DNA of 63,795 nt, filler included, from Licmophora abbreviata (taxonomy: Eukaryota), in the NCBI GenBank assembly GCA_900291995.1. It is 10 parts of 10 records of this genome, joined end to end, with 100 filler letters (N's around TTAATTAATTAA, not from the genome) between each part and the next. Parts side by side here need not be neighbours in the genome. Positions count along the whole stretch, not along the records: positions 32,464 to 40,816 come from OLMU01000544.1; positions 40,917 to 45,560 come from OLMU01000546.1; positions 45,661 to 50,780 come from OLMU01000547.1; 7 more parts are not named here. One strand, given 5' to 3'. Below the pieces are notes generated by a model, which was given only the letters and a program-made list of their open reading frames with translations, ran no database searches and was not told where the DNA came from. Shown piece after piece: positions 36,215 through 47,392 of this stretch (its first letter is position 1; each line of letters starts with the position of its first letter). A program made the position numbers and the translations under genes.

Positions 36215-37192
36215 CTAGCCAACTTCGTCTTCTTCTTCTTCTGATCCATACCCATCTTCGTGATCCTCCTGCGCAACGACAAGCTCATCAACTATTTCTT
36301 CTAAATATTCATGCATCTCATCGTCGTTCACCATCGGCCCGCCCTGTCCCATCAAGAACTGCAAAATATTTTGAACACGGCGCGAGTGTTGAGCATCAGG
36401 CATTCCCATGCGCGGTCGTCTCTCTCTGGCACGAAAGGCATCTTCCTCCATTTGCCGAGTCGGTTCTTCTCCCATTCGTATACACCGCGCCTGGTGCAGT
36501 CTGCCTGTATTCGGTCGTTCCCATATGCGTTCGATCCAGACGTAAGAGGTCGGCACCAATAGCACATCGGCCGTACCGTCGGGATGAATATGACAGGTAC
36601 GGACTTGAACGAGACAAGCAGGGGAGGTTGGAGCAAAGGGCGCCGCATGCGCATAACAAAAGGTGGGGAGTTCTCCCGCCTCATTGGGCTCGATCGGATT
36701 TCCTTGCCGAGCTTCGACAGGAAAGTGCTCCATCGCTTCCGAAATCAAGATCCGATAGCGGGGTTCGAAGAAGTGCAGTCCGAAGGGCTCGTTCAAAGAC
36801 ACATCTCCATTCATACAAAATACAGGGTAGGTAACTCGAATGTGGGACTGTACGATCCGTCGGTAGATATCTCGATAGGAGGCCGTCTGGAGTTCATCGT
36901 GCACGTATTCGACCAAGTTGGTCGCGTTGGGCGGGAAGACATGGGATCGAGGCAGCAGTTTCAACAGACCGACCTCCCACAGATCTGGATTTTTCCGACT
37001 CAATCGTTCCAACGCCAGTTTCCATATGTACTGGGAACGACTCATGGAGAGAAACTTCTTACAGACGTACGGCAGAACATGCGTGAGCGCATCTTGCTCG
37101 TGCGGCTTTTCAAAAGGCGCGTCTGCGACGAACGAGACGATGTGCATCATCAGATCATCGCTCAAATGTGAAAACTGAGGAAACGAAGACAT
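36215..37192 (-). CDS. F-box-like + Lon N-terminal (substrate-binding, PUA-like) domain protein
   Basis: FSHLSDDLMMHIVSFV..LPYVCKKF..IW is F-box-like; YPVF..PFGLHFFEPRYRILI..DG is the Lon-N signature; acidic tail. Confidence 0.75.
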   Translation of the reverse strand: MSSFPQFSHLSDDLMMHIVSFVADAPFEKPHEQDALTHVLPYVCKKFLSMSRSQYIWKLALERLSRKNPDLWEVGLLKLLPRSHVFPPNATNLVEYVHDELQTASYRDIYRRIVQSHIRVTYPVFCMNGDVSLNEPFGLHFFEPRYRILISEAMEHFPVEARQGNPIEPNEAGELPTFCYAHAAPFAPTSPACLVQVRTCHIHPDGTADVLLVPTSYVWIERIWERPNTGRLHQARCIRMGEEPTRQMEEDAFRARERRPRMGMPDAQHSRRVQNILQFLMGQGGPMVNDDEMHEYLEEIVDELVVAQEDHEDGYGSEEEEDEVG

Positions 37193-37595
37193 GGTAGGCT
37201 CATTTACAGGAGCAGTGGTATGGAGAGAATCGAAAAAGGCCTGAAACAATGCGACGCAGTTTGTTCTTCAACATGGTCGCTGGTCGCAGAAAATCTCAAA
37301 CCTGTGAATTTGGAATTTAGAAATTTGGAACGTAGCGCGACCTGTCCGGCGTCCGGTCAAAGGTTCTCTTGTACGGGATTTCTCGTTGGCCTCTACATAC
37401 GTTCTGACCAGTACTATAACTGCGTTCAAAAACTTACTAGCATATTAGCAATGCTTTGTATGTGCGAGCGGAATTTCGGATTGGACATTGATAGACAAGG
37501 TCGTCTAGTCGCGGCAAAGCGTCGGTGAAGTGGTCTTGCTTGCTTTTTCGTCGTCGTCGTTCTTGCGGTGCCTCTGAAGCGCATTTGATCCCAGC

Positions 37596-38273
37596 ATGGC
37601 CTCTTCAAACGGTCTGCCACGACGCATCGTCAAGGTATGTGAGAGAAAGAGCCGAAAATCGGGCAAAAGCGAGTCTAGAAAAGCGACAGGTCTCCCATGA
37701 CGACTACAGACACCGTGACATTCGACGTCTCTGACGAGCCATTTGCGCATCATCGCTCACTCTTCCTTCACTCTCTCTCTCTCTCTCCCCTTTTAACAGG
37801 AAACACAGCGCCTCATTGCGGAACCCGTGGCTGGGATTAGCGCCACGCCGTACGCCGACAATCTGCGCTACTTTGCCGTCGCCATTGAGGGACCTGCCGA
37901 CTCGCCCTACGAACGCGGCGTCTTTCAGCTCGAACTCTTTTTGCCCGCCGACTATCCCATGGCGCCACCCAAAGTTCGATTTCTCACAAAACTCTACCAC
38001 CCCAATGTCGATAAGCTCGGTCGGATCTGCTTGGATATCTTGAAAGACAAGTGGAGTCCTGCCTTGCAGATTCGGACGGTCCTCTTGAGTATTCAGGCTC
38101 TGCTCAGTGCCCCGAATCCCGATGATCCCTTGGACAATACTGTTGCAGAAGTATGGAAGAACAACGAACCAGAGGCCATCCGGAGAGCCAGGGAGTTTAC
38201 TGAAAGCTTTGCCATGAAGAATTCCATGGAGACTGCTGCGATTGCGAGCAAGAAGAGCGGCTCGGCCAAATAA
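37596..38273 (+). CDS. UBC13: Ubiquitin-conjugating enzyme E2 N
   Basis: Exon 1 [13 protein letters not shown], intron 37635-37799, then [51 protein letters not shown]. Confidence 0.95.
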
Positions 38274-39488
38274 ACTGCGAATTCAACCGAACGGGAAGTC
38301 TATAGTGATCAGGCGGATAGCAATACTCAAATACACGGATAGAGTATCTACTACCACAATTCTCTGTATGGAGCGCGTTTGCATTTTTCACGGTGTTCCA
38401 GTGCGGCTTGACCTTAGGCGAGCGTTGCGTGACAGGCAGGCCAATCATAAACATTGACTGCTCCTTCATCGTTGTCCCAGCTATCGGCAAGTATGCTATG
38501 CATGCATACGCCACGAGCCGACTCACGAGAGCATCATGGAGCGTAGTCAAGGAGAGCCGTACGAGTACATTCAACCGGTCGTCTAGGTGTGGCAGTCTAT
38601 CACAACAGCTTTGCAGTCTCTGGATACATCAATTCGTGGAAGCAAGAGCTCCTGCTTGAATCGCTGCCGTCGGTGACTTGTCAAGCGAATCTACTATCGT
38701 CGTGCCTTCACATTCGCTGCGCTCAAAGTACAGCATCGTCAGCGTTCTCAAGTTGGGGCTTCAGAAACGACGAATCGCTGCACAAACAACACGACAGAGA
38801 CACTACATACACACCGTAAGAAGTAAGGAGAGCGGGGCTCGTTTATTGACTACTCGACTCGTTCACCAGTCGCAGAAGAGCGATACATTTTGATCAAAGA
38901 AGCGACACGCTGGTCATTGCGATGTGAAGCTGTATGGCAACGGCGCAGAATAGTTGCATGCCCCAAAGGAGGCCCTGCTTGTCAATTGGGATTCTGGAAG
39001 GCCATGCTCAGAGCACACTTTCCCGTTTCCATGCAACTTTTGACGCAGCGCTACTCGTCGCCTCTAAAGCTCATTAATGAATAGAACGCGAGTCGGAGTT
39101 CTGACCATAAGCAGTATTGTCGAGGCAAGTGATTGAGTTATTGAGCAGTGGAGCGCATTAGTTTGTCCTCGTAAGTCCTGTCGATCTTGGTCTCTTACGC
39201 GGTTTCAGTCAGTTGCAATTTGGAAGATCAGAGTAGCTTAAATCCGTCAGTGTTTCGCCATATAACATGCCTCTCTATCTTATGTGCACCATACGGATTC
39301 AATCAGTGTTCGTCGTGACCAACGCCCCAGCTCTAGGACTCTCGCAACAACGCAACAGCCGAATCGTACTGACGACGCGTTTCGAACACGACGCTTGTAC
39401 GCAGGCGGAAGATGGAATGCAGGCGGAAGATGGAATCCATGCAAGTTCTCTGACAGAAGCTAATGGAATTGAATGAACAACTATCGTG

Positions 39489-39935
39489 TCACTCTTCTTC
39501 CTCTTCGTCGTCGTCATATTCGTCGTCGTCATCATCGTCACCCATCAACACAACTTCCCCCGACTGCATTGCCCGCCAGTATTCATAGGAATCATTCTTG
39601 TTATTTCGATACACATAGATGATAATCGACAACGTCGTCACGAGCGTAAATGGGATTGCAAACCTACTCGCCCCGCCTCTCGGTGGAGGTGGAGGAGGGA
39701 AGATAATCGGAGGCTTGACTGTGTAGTCAACGGGCGTGAGACCAAACACAGACTGCTCCTTGTGTGGCCTTCGTTTCCGCCTCTTAGATCCAGGAGACGT
39801 CGACGAAGGATACTTCACACGGCGCGGTTTCACCCGAGCTTTTCCAAAGCTGCTACTTTGTAGCCTCGTGATTTGCAGGCGCATCGGCGACGAGGCAATA
39901 CGTTGTGCCGCGTGCCCGAGATTAATTCTCAGCAT
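39489..39935 (-). CDS. Small single-pass membrane protein, probably mitochondrial
   Basis: R/S-rich presequence, poly-Pro, one transmembrane helix and a D/E tail. Confidence 0.6.
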   Translation of the reverse strand: MLRINLGHAAQRIASSPMRLQITRLQSSSFGKARVKPRRVKYPSSTSPGSKRRKRRPHKEQSVFGLTPVDYTVKPPIIFPPPPPPRGGASRFAIPFTLVTTLSIIIYVYRNNKNDSYEYWRAMQSGEVVLMGDDDDDDEYDDDEEEEE

Positions 39936-40368
39936 GGTTCAATTTTTGGCGGGCAAATTTGTTGCCTTCCGTTTGCTTCTTTCTAGCTTTCTGCTGTGTT
40001 CAAGGATACCGCTGTCTCTTTCCAATCAGACTCTCTATACAGTCAGCGCTTCCGGTGCTTCCCTTTCTGATGGTTTCATCACGTCCAACGACGAGTGTGG
40101 GGTTGGGCACAGTCGGAATGTGACGAACTTTATTGATTTCAGATGGACTTCAAATACTGACTGACTCTGACTCACTCACTCACCCAAATTCCCTCGGCAA
40201 CCTCCAAACCAAAGTTCCTCTTGAAAACGTCACCACGTCCGGGTCTGTTCTTGTAGAAGCGGGCCGGCGTGCGATCTTTTGTTGGCGCGCGCAAAACTCA
40301 AAACCGCCAGATAGGACAACTTTGGATATGTTGTGTTTCGATGTGATGACAGCCGCACAAATGAAAGC

Positions 40369-40949
40369 ATGACCATGGTGCGATTGGCAGCTCGTTTTGG
40401 CACACTGCTGCTGGCAGCGCTAGCATTCGCGCTTGCCCCTTCGGCCCTGGCCTTTACCAGTTCTATTCCGAATCGGTATGTTTGAAAACGAAGATACTCT
40501 TGCAATCTTGAATCTGCTCGAGGTCTGCTTTCTCACTAGAAACATACGTTTGTGTGTCGTTTCTCTCAGTGGCGTGGCAAGAATTGCTCCACAAATTGTC
40601 GCTCCAGGTTTGAACTCTGCTATCGCTCGCTCGTCGAAGTCCGTCTCCCTTTCTGCCAGTCGCAGTCCCGCTACGGATCTAGCGATCCAGCAGCAAACTG
40701 CTCGAAATCGAGGACGCAAGTTCGCCCTGACTGTCCTGTCTCGAGCGGCCACTCTCTTTTGTGCGATCGCTCTGGTCAACCAGGTGGTTCCGACTGCTCA
40801 CGCTGCCAAGGCAGCCNNNNNNNNNNNNNNNNNNNNNNNNNNNNNNNNNNNNNNNNNNNNTTAATTAATTAANNNNNNNNNNNNNNNNNNNNNNNNNNNN
40901 NNNNNNNNNNNNNNNNGCGAAGAAGCAGTGGCACGTTGAGGTGTACTAG
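40369..40949 (+). CDS. Unknown plastid/thylakoid-targeted protein, paralog A (middle in gap)
   Basis: Signal peptide ..SALA-FT, phase-2 intron 40476-40569, second signal RKFALTVLSRAATLFCAIAL..TAHA. After the gap: AKKQWHVEVY-stop. Confidence 0.7.
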
Positions 40950-41628
40950 TGCCTGGTAATGTTAGTGACATTTGGGTGGAAGAATAGGATCCAAAGAACC
41001 AATTGCTTCTTTAGAACATCAACTTGCTCATGATGTTGGCAGGGCTGACGCCGACGTCACCAAGTCGGCTACTGCTTGCGATCGTTGCAAGAAGCGGCTT
41101 TTTTTGTTCTCTCGCGGCACTACGTGCTATCTTAAAGAGTACATCTTACAATAGAGTAGTATATAGAAGGTATCAATGTGCCTAAGGCATCCAAATATGC
41201 AACTGACGCAATCACTGCATTTTCGTATCCTAGAGTTTCGAGGGCGGGCACAATGAAAGTATCGTTCGCGTCGCAGAGTCGGGGCTGACTTGAGATAGCA
41301 GTGTCATCTCATCGTCTCCAGCTTTGATGTACTCGCACCGGTAGACTACCGGTGTGGACAGAGACCTTCCCAGACCCTCCGAAGCGTCCGTCGGCCCCCG
41401 CGCCACTATCCCAAACAATAACTATGACTGGGGTATTAGTATCAGTCATATAAGTTTCTATACAATGCAAAGGTTATCATTCTCCGCAAGTATGTTCCAC
41501 GTTCCACAGTAGTATTCATCATATATTTCTACTTGACATCGTCTCTAGAATCTATACTAGATCGTTTCTATAATATGTGATTGCAGTCCGTACAACTCCG
41601 ATAGCCAATAAAACATCAAGCGCATTGC

Positions 41629-42375
41629 TTACTGCTTGTACTCAGTCACGCCTTTGGGAAGCCACATGTCTTGCGATCGTCGCAAGAAGGCAACATAGGC
41701 TCCCCAATGTTCCGCACGAGCATAGTGCAGCGGTGTGTGTCCCCGGCGATCGCTGAGAAACATCATTTGCGGACACTCGTGTAGAATGAGCTCTAGCAAT
41801 TCCATATTTGGTTCGCACGTCCAACACGCATCGTGCAGTGGCGTCCGTCCGTAATCATCCTTGACTCGCACGGTAACTCCCGCTTCGTGAATCAGAAAGG
41901 TCGCCACTTGTACAAAGCCGCGACGACAGGCCATGTGCAGAAGACTCTCCCCAAAGCGATTGCTGCATTGGAGGCGTCGGCCTGACTTGTGAAAGTGTCG
42001 GAGTGCGTCAATGTCTTGCTCGCGGACGGCGTTAATGACGTCTTGCGAGTACCCCTCCATCTGCTCTTCAGTAGGGTCAGAGAAGAAGCCGTCGAGGTCG
42101 AGCGACGACACGACTTTGACATCGACGCTGTGAGATCGTAACGTGTCGAGAACGTAGTCTTGGGGACTGATATAACTGTTTGTACAATTGTTCTGAGGTA
42201 CTGAGTCTGTCGATTGACGACTGGAACAGATGTCGTGCTCGTCTTGGTCGTGGTTCATTCTCGGCGGGAGAGACGAAACGATGCGCTGAAACTTGCGCGG
42301 GCGACTCGACAACGGCGACGAGCTGAGTCTTGCCCTCTTGTTGTTGTTGTTGTTGGACTGACGAGAGTTCTGCAT
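41629..42375 (-). CDS. Ankyrin-repeat protein
   Basis: NRFGESLLHMACRRG, DDYGRTPLHDACW and DRRGHTPLHYA. Start uncertain. Confidence 0.85.
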   Translation of the reverse strand: MQNSRQSNNNNNKRARLSSSPLSSRPRKFQRIVSSLPPRMNHDQDEHDICSSRQSTDSVPQNNCTNSYISPQDYVLDTLRSHSVDVKVVSSLDLDGFFSDPTEEQMEGYSQDVINAVREQDIDALRHFHKSGRRLQCSNRFGESLLHMACRRGFVQVATFLIHEAGVTVRVKDDYGRTPLHDACWTCEPNMELLELILHECPQMMFLSDRRGHTPLHYARAEHWGAYVAFLRRSQDMWLPKGVTEYKQ

Positions 42376-42884
42376 GGTGGTCGTAGTCTCTTGCGAAAAG
42401 TAAGGAGGTGCTGTATAGAAATGAGAAGGCTGACTGTGTTGCAAGCCACCGCCATCACGTTGTGTCAGCCAGAGAAAGACACCACATCCATCATGGCATC
42501 CTCATCATGGCTCTGATGTGGTCGCCGGGGACACGTCTGTCGGAGGGAAACCAGCTGAGAAAGTTGAAGCGTCTCAATTTGAAACTCACGTGGACGGCCG
42601 TGCCACGTCGTTCTGATACGATAGGACGTTTCAGGATTATTCGATAGGACATTCCTCGATGTCGCAGGAGCATGACCACTTCGACTGATCTCGATCTTCG
42701 AGAAGTTTGGCGCGCCATCGGCAGCCACCCAAAACAAAAAGCTGGCAGCGTCTTCCTTCCTGCACTGCTTCCTGCTTCTGCCAGCAAAAACAGAAACAGA
42801 ACCGCAGATGAAGCAAAGCTTCGCATAAATCACAGCAGAGACCACTTCTGATCTACAGCTACAGAACCATCGCACTTTGTAATC

Positions 42885-44047
42885 ATGCCGCAATCGACTC
42901 TTGTGCTTCTTGCGGTTCTTGCTCTTACAGCAGCGACATGCTCTTCCTTGACGGTGTCTCCGGCATTCATTCCATCGTCTCGGACATCCACAGTTCGTAC
43001 CTGGCCTTCACTGTTTGCTTCGCCCAAAAGCAAGTCAAACGAGGACGCCGAGACCAACGAGTGGGGCATTCCCACAAGCGACTCGCTCCCACCCTTGGGC
43101 GGCGCCACTCCTCGTCCTTCACTTCCCAACGGAGGACGCGTCACGCTCGTTGGATCGGGACCGGGAGATCCTGATTTACTCACTCTCTCGGCCTACAAGC
43201 TACTCACCGACCCTTCCGTACTTGTCATTGCCGATCGACTCGTCTCACAAGAAATACTGGATCTCATTCCGGGCGACGTCAAGGTCGCGCGCAAGTTGCC
43301 GGGATGTGCTGAATTGGCTCAAGAAGAACTCTACTGGTGGGCCTATCAGGGACTCAACGCTGGCAAGCATGTCGTGCGACTCAAGATTGGTGATCCATTC
43401 GTCTTTGGGAGGGGAGGAGAAGAAGTCTTGAAGTTTCGACAGTATGGAGTCGAGCCAAAGGTGATTCCGGTGAGTGAAGCATGTAGCCGGTGCCAGACTG
43501 CAATACGAACATCCTACACTCGTCCTCGAAGTGTACAGTCTACAGAACGGAGTCATTATTCGAATCGACATGTTTGCTCACTTCTCGTCGCTGTCTTCTC
43601 TCTCAACTACAGGGAGTCTCTGCTGCCTTTTCAGCTCCTCTCCTTGGATCCATTCCAGTGACGCACCGCGGTGTCTCAAATCAAGTTGTCATGTGCACTG
43701 GATATGGTCGTGAAGGAACGTCTCCTGACTTGATTCAATACCACAAGGAACAAACTGTCGTCTTTTTGATGGCCGTCGGTCGTCTCCGAGAATTGTGCGG
43801 CAGACTGGTGGAACTCGCAGGCTATCCATCCACTACGCCCGTGGCCATTGTCGAAAAGGCGGGATGTCCGACGCAACGAACAGTAGTGGGAAATATGGAG
43901 ACGATTGCGGACTTGGCGAAACTTCACAATATAAAGCCACCGAGTACTATTGTTGTCGGCAACGTCGTCAGTGTTTTGTTGGATCAAGACAGTGAAACTG
44001 GGCAAACAGTGACGGGACTGATTCAAAACATGACAAGTCATTCATGA
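42885..44047 (+). CDS. UPM1: Uroporphyrinogen-III C-methyltransferase (SUMT), plastid-targeted
   Basis: VTLVGSGPGDPDLLT, DRLV, VVRLKIGDPFVFGRGGEE, PGVSAA and IPVTHRG; intron 43470-43612; bipartite presequence. Confidence 0.92.
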
Positions 44048-44548
44048 GGTGTTTTGGCGGCAACATGGCGTGATTGGTACTACGAGTACTACTGCACTCT
44101 GTACAATAGAATAGGGGGACGTGAGCCGGGATGTGTATTTTGAATATCAAGAAGCGTTTCTCCTACCGAGGCGCATCCCAGATGGACGACGACGGCCGAT
44201 AGCAATTTTTCGTTTGCTTGACGCGGCCACAAAGTTCGATGAACAAAACTCAGCGTAATAGACAACGATAAGACGAAAAGTAGAAGAGGAGCCGACACTG
44301 TACTCCTTAAGAACAGCATATCGCGCAAAACACTCAAGTCTACTTGTAAGTGGCAATAATTTAGACGAACGAAACATATGAAAAAGGTCAAACCGTATCT
44401 CTTGGTATCAATGGCCGTCGCCGCTCATTGTCAAACACAAACCACTGCTTTGGCAAAGATATCCTATTCCACCGTCTGAACACTCCCCTCCATCATCATG
44501 ATTCATCACTCCCGTGGCCGTCTTACAAGTTGTACCGTCGCCCCGGCT

Positions 44549-45034
44549 CTAGCGAATGGCAAGTCCCTTCTCTTGCAGACTCTTGAGTTTGGGCTCCGGG
44601 GGCACCTTATCGACACAGGGCTTCATTCGCGATCCTCCGACCGTCAACACACACGAGTTACACTCGCCCCTACACGAAAGAGACAAGAGCGGGTATGAAG
44701 GGATGAGAATGGAAGCCTTTTGATTTGAGGATGGCGAGTCATATCATAGGCATGATGGCGTGTGTGTGAAGGGCGACCGGACCGATTGACACATCACACA
44801 TCCTATAGCAACTCACTTCTTGCAGTTGTACCTGGGCTTGACTCCCAGGGCAGAGCATGCGTTCTTAAGAGGACTTCCGGCTCGAAAGTTCTTCTTCTTG
44901 GTACCATATGTCAAGACCGTCATTTGCAGTGACGATGATGCTGGTGCCATCGCCGTCTTGTGTGACAGAGGTGCCACAGTAAAGGCGGATGCGGCAGCAA
45001 GGAACGCCAGTAGCAGGAGAGCGCAAGTTTTCAT
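44549..45034 (-). CDS. Small plastid-targeted [2Fe-2S] ferredoxin-like protein
   Basis: MKTCALLLLAFLAAASA-FT presequence. Intron 44670-44816 gives YNCKKGECNSCVLTVGGSRMKPC (Cx4Cx2Cx11C). Confidence 0.8.
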
Positions 45035-45350
45035 TTGGGATCTAATTTCGAACGCTTGCGGGGAAAGATACAACGAGAGAAGCGATATCTTGAGATGCAG
45101 TAGCAGCGACGATATAGAATAGGCTTCGACTGAAACTGATGTGGTCTGATTTGTTTTTGTGACGATCGCGAAAACAAACCACAAGCTTTTTTGAGGTCTG
45201 TGAGAAAGCGCGCGGCACAGCTCAGTCTGGCCGTCGTGACGCCACCAGGTCGGCTGGTTGAAGTCAGATTTGCGTTCGTCCGGGTGGACGTCACACCTTC
45301 TCGGCGGCAATTTTGTAGCCACAAGATTTGTCGCGCGGCACCGAAAGACC

Positions 45351-46823
45351 ATGAAGTTCGTTGCGTTTGCGGCCATTCTGGCCACTGCCAGTGCGTTCAC
45401 TGCTTCCCCGAGCGTGCTGCACTCTGTAGGAGAGAAGAGTGTGGGACATGTGTTCTCAGGAAGCAGCCATGTCAACAGAAGGGCCACCATCGTCATGGAC
45501 GGCAAGGCCAACGGTACGTAGAAATCACGTAGCTTTTGTACCAGGTCACATACGTACGCGNNNNNNNNNNNNNNNNNNNNNNNNNNNNNNNNNNNNNNNN
45601 NNNNTTAATTAATTAANNNNNNNNNNNNNNNNNNNNNNNNNNNNNNNNNNNNNNNNNNNNGAAAGTACCAGACATTCAATAAGTCTCGATCGAGGCGTGG
45701 ACAGTCGACGTGGTCGCCCTCTTCTTCTGCTTCAATCGATGGAATCCCTGGCGCTATTCATCCCCGAGGATCAAACTTTCGTCCGCGTCGTTTCAGTGTG
45801 GCGTTTCCAAGTCTTTGCGATGATAGGTATACTCTGTGCAAAAGCACGTCAACGTCTTGCTCACCCGCTTGTCCCAAATTGTCTGCTACAGCCATTCGCG
45901 ATCGCATTACCACCGTGAAGAATACCAAGAAGATTACCATGGCCATGAAGCTTGTCGCTGCCGCAAAGGTCCGTCGCGCTCAGGATGCTGTCCTTGCCAC
46001 CCGTCCTTTCTCGGAGACGCTTCAATCAGTCTTTGGAGGACTCATCAACCGTCTCGGCAGCGAGGCGATGGACCTCCCTCTCTTGACCCAGCGTGAGGTC
46101 AAGAAGGTCACTCTCGTTTGTATTACCGGCGATCGTGGTCTCTGCGGTGGATACAACTCTTTTATGATCAAGAAGTGCGAAAGTCGATACAAGGAACTTG
46201 AATCACAGGGTATCGACTGTGAACTCATCCTCATTGGAAAGAAGGGAATTACCTACTTTCAGCGCCGAAAGTACCCCATTCGCAAGACTTTCGAATGCGG
46301 ACAGAACCCCGATGCCAAGCAAGGACTCGCTATCTCCGAAGAGCTACTCAACACCTACCTGTCTGGCGAGACCGACGCCGTTGAGCTTCTTTACACAAAG
46401 TTTGTATCGCTCATTGCCTCCCAGCCATCGGTTCGCACGTTGATCCCCTTCTCTGCCTCCGAAATCACCAACCAAGGTGACGAAGTCTTCCAACTCACAT
46501 CGGACCAAGGGGAATTCGGTGTCTCCCGCGAAGAGCTCGACGTCGCCGAGCCGCAAGAGTTCCCTAACGACATGATCTTTGAACAAGACCCTGTGCAGAT
46601 TGTCAACTCCATCCTTCCGCTCTACCTCAACGGACAGATCCTCCGTACTCTACAGGAGTCTGTCGCATCCGAGCTCGCTGCCCGTATGCAGTCCATGCAG
46701 AGTGCCAGCGACAATGCTGGTGAACTGGCCAAGAACTTGAGTCTGCAATACAACCGTGCGCGTCAGGCCGCCGTGACGCAAGAAATTCTGGAGATTGTGG
46801 CTGGTGCACAAGCACTTGAGTAA
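45351..46823 (+). CDS. atpC: Chloroplast ATP synthase gamma subunit
   Basis: ASAF presequence; intron 45514-45890 spans a gap. IRDRI..KITMAMKLVAAAKVRRAQ, DRGLCG, SELAARM and YNRARQAAVTQEILEIV. Confidence 0.97.
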
Positions 46824-47392
46824 TTGCGTTACTCACAACGAAAAAAGAAAACTCGTTGACGAAAGATGTCTATGTGTGTTGGCTGTTGGTTCTAACGTTC
46901 ACATAAAAAGCAATGACATATTATAAGTTGCGATTCTGCGTCTTTCACACTTTGAGACTTGTACTACGTAGGAATATGGCGTTTGCCTTTATAGAAGTAG
47001 TTATCGTTGTATTGGAGAGGGTCACGGCAACAAGGCGACTCGAGTCGAGGACTACAACACTCTCTCGTCTGGACATAGCGCGACCGCCAAACTATAGCGT
47101 CGAGCTACTTAACGTTTCTTTGGTTTCGCGGACGAGCAGCCTTGCTTGCCTATACCTCTTATGTCTACCACGTAGCATTGCGCTTCTCTCGTGCTTGTAA
47201 GACGTATGAGTTTCTGGCTGGCCTCGTCGCACCTCAATAGCGAACAGACCACGAGCCCAGCAGCAGATACACCTGGACATATCAAATCAACACGCACACT
47301 GACGTCGCAGCACACGACCAGACAAGTCAATAGGGCAGCCTACTTACTAACTACAACTGGCTAGAATAGCAATTGGTAGATATCAATCGATG

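Noticed and set aside
38300..39450. About 1.1-kb region with short ORFs and an 18-nt tandem repeat (39401-39436)
   Set aside because: No coherent coding signal or recognisable RNA structure; an unrecognised gene cannot be excluded.
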